Shown here: one piece after another, positions 57,976-64,000 of the stretch | Layout of the letters: each line of letters begins with the position of its first letter | How positions within the stretch are numbered: the stretch's first letter is position 1 | Assembly: GCA_051530055.1 (NCBI GenBank) | Contig: CM121342.1 | Location: forward strand, 282,797-346,796 | Length of the DNA: 64,000 bases | DNA from: Neoechinorhynchus agilis | Lineage: Eukaryota; Animalia; Acanthocephala | Direction of reading: 5' to 3' | Notes under the pieces: generated by a model | Told to the model about the DNA's origin: nothing | Database searches by the model: none | What the model saw: only the letters and a program-made list of their open reading frames with translations | Position numbers and translations under genes: made by a program

Positions 57976-59249
57976 TCTCATCCTCCTACCTTTTCCATGC
58001 TGCAAAATCTTCTCGGATATAATGACAGGAAATGAACCTGAATAAAGACTCAACCTCAAAAGCTCTCCTGCAAACAATAACCACCAATCCCAACCAGAAT
58101 GGACATCCCCGACCGGATTTTCGAACTGACGTCCCCCGATCTCACCAAATCTGCATTCCATAGTTTCAATCCAATATTGTTTATCGCTCAAATAACGAGT
58201 ACCCTATCTTCATCAAAAACAATGCCACAAAGAGGACCCAAAAGGTACATGAGTCCAATTCTTGTTATCTAAAAAACAAAATAAACGTGTTATTATTACA
58301 AAGCCATTGCCAATCGCTTAGCAGCAGAATGCTCAAAGTAACTTTAAACAATATATGTGAGTCTATAATAACGCATTGGTTGCTCACGCAGCAACTTCTG
58401 GCCTAGCAATAAACATTTGAGAAGATCACCTTTGAGTTCAATCCGTAATGCTACAGTGGTGATCTATTACTTATGCTTATTTTGAAATGAGAGCTTTGGA
58501 AAAAAATAAGAAGCGATAATTGTAAATCTTGAAATCTGCAGAAAAATGCAAGTTTTTAATATCACATGTTTTTCTCTTCTTTTAAGCATTACCATTCGTA
58601 TTTGGATAGATCATGTGCAAATATTAAGAATATGCCTTCGTACATCAGTGTGAAAAAATCATATTGCGCCTCAGAGTATAAAAGTTCAAGAATTAGGTTT
58701 ATATTCAAATTTTTGAACGAAACGTCCAAATATTACGAGCCAAAATAAGAAAAATTCATATATACTTAAATTTTCATTCCTAATATTTGGGACTGCGCAC
58801 ACATTTTGGCCTACCTTTCATGCTGAAAAAAGGTCGCTTGACACAAAATTCATTTCTTAAAAGCCATCAATTGTCCCAATGACGAGATGTTGGAAAAATG
58901 TAGTTACGGATCGATTCATTTGTACTTCTTTCTTTTTCGGTCTTGAGGAGAGATGGAATGCCGTTATCAGGGTCAATTTCGATTTATAGAGATTAATTAA
59001 GACATTATTTATTTTATTTTATAAGATGCATACAAATAATACACAATGTAAATCAGTTAGTTCAATCCTTCGCATCTCAATTCATTTAGCCTTCTCTCCC
59101 GCATTATTTCCTTCCCAACATCTTATGAAGGCTGATCGTCAAGCCATGAGATTAGGAAGAAAATAACAAAATGTTGTTGAATAACAAAAGAATTATCCCC
59201 ACGGAATAATTCAGCATGGACAACGGCTTTTAAGGTAGCAGGACTTCCT

Positions 59250-62100
59250 TGCTCCTAGCCGAATAAATTTGCAGCAAATAACGAAAGATTTTATAGGAAG
59301 CACATCCAACTAAATGGAATATAATGTAAATAACGAAACAATAAAATAAAAATGGCTCACTAACACTTTTCCTTTGAGTCCGTCTTCTTGATTAATAGTA
59401 GTAGTCTTGAGACGCCATTCGGCACGAGACGTTCTTCTATCATATGTTTGAATTGATTGAATCTTTTCATATTTAAGCTTTTTGGATATAACCATATTTT
59501 TTCAAAGAATGTCTTCCATAGGAACGAGATGAGGGTAGAGATAAAGCTATTGTAAAATTTGTTAAATATTTTCATTAATTTTTTAATACGAAAATTGGCA
59601 AAATTGACTCTCAGTTCCAACAAAACGTCCCGGCCGATAAGGTTTTAACGCACGGAAGCGGTTAGTACAAATCAGTTCCTAATTTTAACATTCTGTTTGC
59701 TAGACTTAATTTTAGATAAAAAGGGTGTTAAGTCTTGTATTTTATAAAGTTCGTCTTTTTTAAGCGGGAAAGTCAATACCCAGGATTCTAGAACTTGTGC
59801 ATATTTTCAATCTCAGGAGATCATCATCAAGCGATAACTCTTTTTTTAACTTTTGATCTAGAAGGCATTCAATTGGTATGGGGGATTGTTTCTGTCTAAA
59901 ATTGAATTTAAACTAGTAGAAAAAATAAGCCCTTTCAACATAATCATTCACGTATATGAAAATGTGATTATTTTTCTTCTTGGACATTAGCTTCATTATC
60001 TTTATCATACCAATCAAGAAAAGGGTAGGAAATAAGGGTGAACCTTGAGGAACATATTTTGAATAAAATTTATTTTTTGCGAGATCAATATCCAGCATAA
60101 AAGATTTGGATTCCATAAGGAATTGAATTGGTCTAGGAATTTTCAGAGATAGATGTCGATCTTTAAAAACGTTATAGATAAAAAGGTCTACCGAGTCAAA
60201 ACCTTTATTTACATTAACCTGCATTAACATTTTATTCACATCATTTATAGATTTATTTAAAAACATCAACTCGTTAAGTAATGAGTTAATTACTCTTCCA
60301 GGTATGAACCCGTGGAAATTGTCAGGAATACGTTTGTGTAATATAAGAGAATTGAATAGATGTTTATTTCATACTTTTTCGAGTAAAGATATTATGGGAT
60401 TTTTGATTAAAATAGAACGAATGTCATTTGGCATTCAATTATACGTTTGGCTTTCGGAATAATGGTTTTTCTTACAATGCTAATTTTACAAAGATCGTTA
60501 AATTATAAGTTTTTTGTAATTTTTCCATAATAATATGCTTGACATTATCATTAACCAAATCAAATACTTTTGGGTGAAAGACAAAGAATTGGTAGCGCTA
60601 GAGGTGTTGAATTTCCAAAAGTCGCGTATATCACTACAATCCCATTTGGAGGATTTATCAGCGCAGGGCAAAAGGGAGGAACAAAAGGATATGCTAGAGA
60701 TGCTGTTGTGAAATATGTTCAACGACTTTAGGATAGGAAATCTTGTCGATCCATCTCGCAGCCTTCATCTTCCAGTCAGTCGATTTCTTATTTAGTAATA
60801 TTTTCCAAAGTTTTAGAACGTTTCCTTTCTTTAATAATCTGTTTTGAAATAAACATATTTGCGAACGTTTTTTGCCATTTTCTTTCTATATTTTCCAGGA
60901 GCTTTTGTTTTTCCATCTTTTTTTTCCATCCTCCTTTAGTCTAACCTCACCCGATACATCTGACTCGACCACTGATCCCAAATTAATTTCAGAATTATAA
61001 TTAACGTTTCCAAAAACCCTTTTCTTCGGGGATGCCTTCAGCTCATCATTTTCCTTTATTAATATATTAATCCTACTATCTTTTACAGCCATGTCTTTTA
61101 CCATCTTTTCTAATTTCATATTAAGATCTTGTAATTGGTTCTCCAAAATTTTATTGTAGGGTATTTCACAGAAAGAGTTATTAAACATTTGCCATTCTGA
61201 ATGAGCAGATGATTCAAATAACCGTGCCATTTTCCATGCGCCTCTCCACAATTGGGACACTTAGGTTTATCCTTGAAATTACAAACCTCTTTTTATGATT
61301 ACCTGAGAAGACAATACACTTTGTTTCTTTATCACATAGAGATGCTGTATGTCCATATTCTGAACAATTCGTGCACTATGATGGCAGGTAATCATGAATC
61401 GACAGTTTGTTTTTTCTTGATTTTGAGAATGAAACTAAGTATGCATGAATACCCATTTGCTTTCCCTCTAATTTACAAATCTTGTCTACCGTTCCGTTCC
61501 CAACAATAACATGGCATAAGGATCTTATCCATTAGCTCTTCATAGATATTTCTTTGGTTTAACAACCCCTAGTAGGTTTCGAAGTTCCTCAAATTCTTAT
61601 TTATTGAAATTTGGTAGTGGGTTAAACTTTAGACACGTTACTTTTCGGGATATATCCGTATATTTTACTTTAATTTCTTTAAGCATTCCCACAAAGAGTT
61701 CAATGCCCTCTGAACTTGTGAAAAATATTAAACAGGCCCATCGAGTATTTATTTGTTTCAAAATATGAAACTCTCTGTGTTTGTTTAAGTTTCTAGAAAC
61801 CATGAAATCCCGAAAATATCTCTTGGCCAAATCATAACTGGAATTATTCATCATATCCTCTCTTTTTATGCGAATACCAAAATTCTCTTTTAACCTTGAG
61901 TCTCGCAATTACATTCTTCGATAAACGATTTTTAAACAACTGAGTATCTAGGTGGTCCATTAACTTTCCTTTTCTTTGTTATTTATGAATTTCTCCACAA
62001 AACCAGAAGGAGCAGAAACTAAACTAACTTTTTCCGCATCACATTCCGTGTCCGTATCCATATCCACACCCCCCCTGTCATCCGGAGGATCAGGGGGTTT
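59250..62100 (-). mobile_element. LINE copy: ORF1, APE deleted, RT, C-terminus; degenerate
   Basis: ORF 61597-61908 is homologous to the ORF1 N-terminal domain. CPNCGEAH knuckle; WKILLNKKSTDWKMKAARWIDKISYP linker; QVNVNKGFD, VPQGSPLFPTLF, YVND. Confidence 0.8.
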
Positions 62101-62139
62101 AGATAATCCAAAAACATTTGAATCGACGCGAGTGCAATT

Positions 62140-62940
62140 TTTAATGAAAAAATTTGCACGCATTAGGCGAGAATTTTTTGGTCGTGTGCAGTAGAAAAAT
62201 TGCCATTTTTTCGAGATGATTAGGGATAAAGAGTGCGTTATTTATCAGAAATAACGCTTCGTGAGCCGAGAGAGCGCTCACTCTATCGCACAGCAACGAA
62301 AGTTTCGGCATGATACGGCCGATCTCAGCTTCCACATTTGAATCAAAGGCGCAACTACATAGGAGGCTGAGTTGCTCCGGAGTCACGAGTTTCAGACCTG
62401 GAGCTACGGCTCCGAACCCATTCATTAGCTCCTAGACTTTGGCAGCGTCTTCAATATTTAATACTAGGAGCTCACACTTTCCAGCATTGAGCTCAATGTC
62501 CATCTTCGAGGTCTCCCTAGTCAACGTCTCCAAAATCGCGCAGTACAATGGAGGGATCACCTCCGAGCGTAGCGTTGTCCAAGTACCAAGCGTTGAAGCT
62601 GGAATAAAGAGAGTGCGATATTGAATTCACTGCAAGGGCGAAAGCGATTGGACCGATGAGATTTCCTTGCTGCACTCCTCTTTCGGACCAAACGAGGTGG
62701 AGAATTAGCAAGGGTCCGCTATTTTGTCCCCCTCGGAGTAGAGACGTATGGAGCGCTTGGCAGCCCGGCACTCACTCTGCTCCAGGATCTCTCGAAGAAA
62801 TTGTGAAAAACGACCGGCGACGCACGAGCAGGTGTATTCCTGCGACAAAATATCTCGCTTGCAATACAACGAGGCAATGCTGCTAGCGTGATAGCGACAG
62901 CTGAGGAAGGAGAGAAGCTCCAGATTTGCGGACAGTGGTG
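62140..62940. mobile_element. CRE-clade non-LTR retrotransposon fragment with a 5' inversion
   Basis: Minus strand about 62710-62140: WSERGVQQGNLIGPIAFAL, AWYLDNATLGG. Plus strand about 62717-62930: PLGVETYGALG...VFLRQNISLAIQRGNAAS (CRE RLE C-terminus). Confidence 0.8.
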
Positions 62941-64000
62941 ATTGCACGTTTTTGACTTTAACAAAAATCACTGCTCAACATTAACGCCCATAACTTCGTT
63001 ATCTTCATTTATTTTTGTCCGATAAGACAAATAAAGGATGAAAGCGACCTGATGATGAGGAATTTACCATACGCGCTGAAGTATTTTCCCCAAAAACGGT
63101 TTGTAGTGGTCTTAAATAATATTTCTGATTTATGAATGGTTTTATTGTTCGGCATGATGGAATTCTTACGAGGGGTTCAACAGTAAATGAAAACGCCCAA
63201 CAAAGCACAAAGTTTTGCCGCTTCTAGAAGCTGGGACTGATTTCAATCTATTAAATTTCTTATCCTACGTATTGAGAAAAGAAGCATAAGAGGTTTCATT
63301 TTCCCTTGTTTTCATCAAAATAAATTTCTGGCCGCAAGCAAGTAAATGCAGCATCCTAAATAATTATTACAGTTGCAGTGCAAAAAAATATGAACATGAC
63401 CCCGCTACTTTTCTTGTGACATGCAGAGATCGTAGTTTTTGATAATCCTGCAAAATATTGGCCCACATCAGGTCAACATTACTGCTGGTCATTTTTCGGA
63501 TCGGAACTTGCAGGATTAAAAACGGCAACTAGTTCATGACGGGTTTTGCAAAGATAATGTTAAAACATATAGAAGGAAAATGGCAAATAACTTAGTCTAG
63601 CGAGGATACGGTTTACACAATACTATATGCTCAAACACCTAACAAAATATAATTCCCAGCAACTTATGATACCACAATCGAATTGCCTGTCAAAATTAAT
63701 AAATATTTTAGGCCCCACGAACTCGATTAGCGCAATATAAGCAAATCTTAAAAATCGAGCCACCACCAACTCATAGTTGCAAGATTAATGTTGTGAGATT
63801 AACTGTACGGTCGCTTTTTTTGGTTTTTTGTCGCCGAAATCTCCCGCTTGAAAATATTTTCGGTCATAGTGAGCATTGTGCTATAATGTCTGGAGGTGCC
63901 CTTGCGCACATCACAAAAATGATCGAAAAATTTCTTGGTTGAAATGAACACAACGATTTTTGTGTCTGTAATGAGATCTCAGGTTATTTATTATTATGAA

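Noticed and set aside
63000-64000. Possible gene in the last kilobase
   Set aside because: Only short frames without recognisable motifs. No consistent exon chain could be built by eye.

Overview
This window is AT-rich eukaryotic nuclear DNA, most likely from an invertebrate animal. That is an inference from spliceosomal GT-AG introns of only about 43-55 bp, the standard code, and a two-domain small HSP. Host genes are a six-exon UDP-glucose 4-epimerase, a sarcoplasmic-calcium-binding-type EF-hand protein, a disabled two-alpha-crystallin-domain sHSP, two paralogous DHHC-family palmitoyltransferase-like genes (both reading SHHC rather than DHHC), and several orphan membrane proteins. Most of the rest is nested, decayed retroelement DNA: Penelope-like elements (PLEs, RT + GIY-YIG), one abundant APE-type LINE family, RTE and CRE fragments, Ty3/gypsy elements with very short LTRs, a deleted piggyBac, and a tRNA-promoter-bearing short element. 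The most striking unexplained pattern is self-cleaving-ribozyme architecture outside the autonomous elements. Minimal hammerhead cores followed by AATAAA sit at the PLE 3' ends, and also as outward-facing palindromic pairs in tiny foldbacks and in a 3 x 240-bp palindromic tandem array carrying six cores. A twister ribozyme marks the 5' end of an RTE fragment. All alignments, translations and RNA folds were done by eye with no database search, and many element boundaries are approximate.
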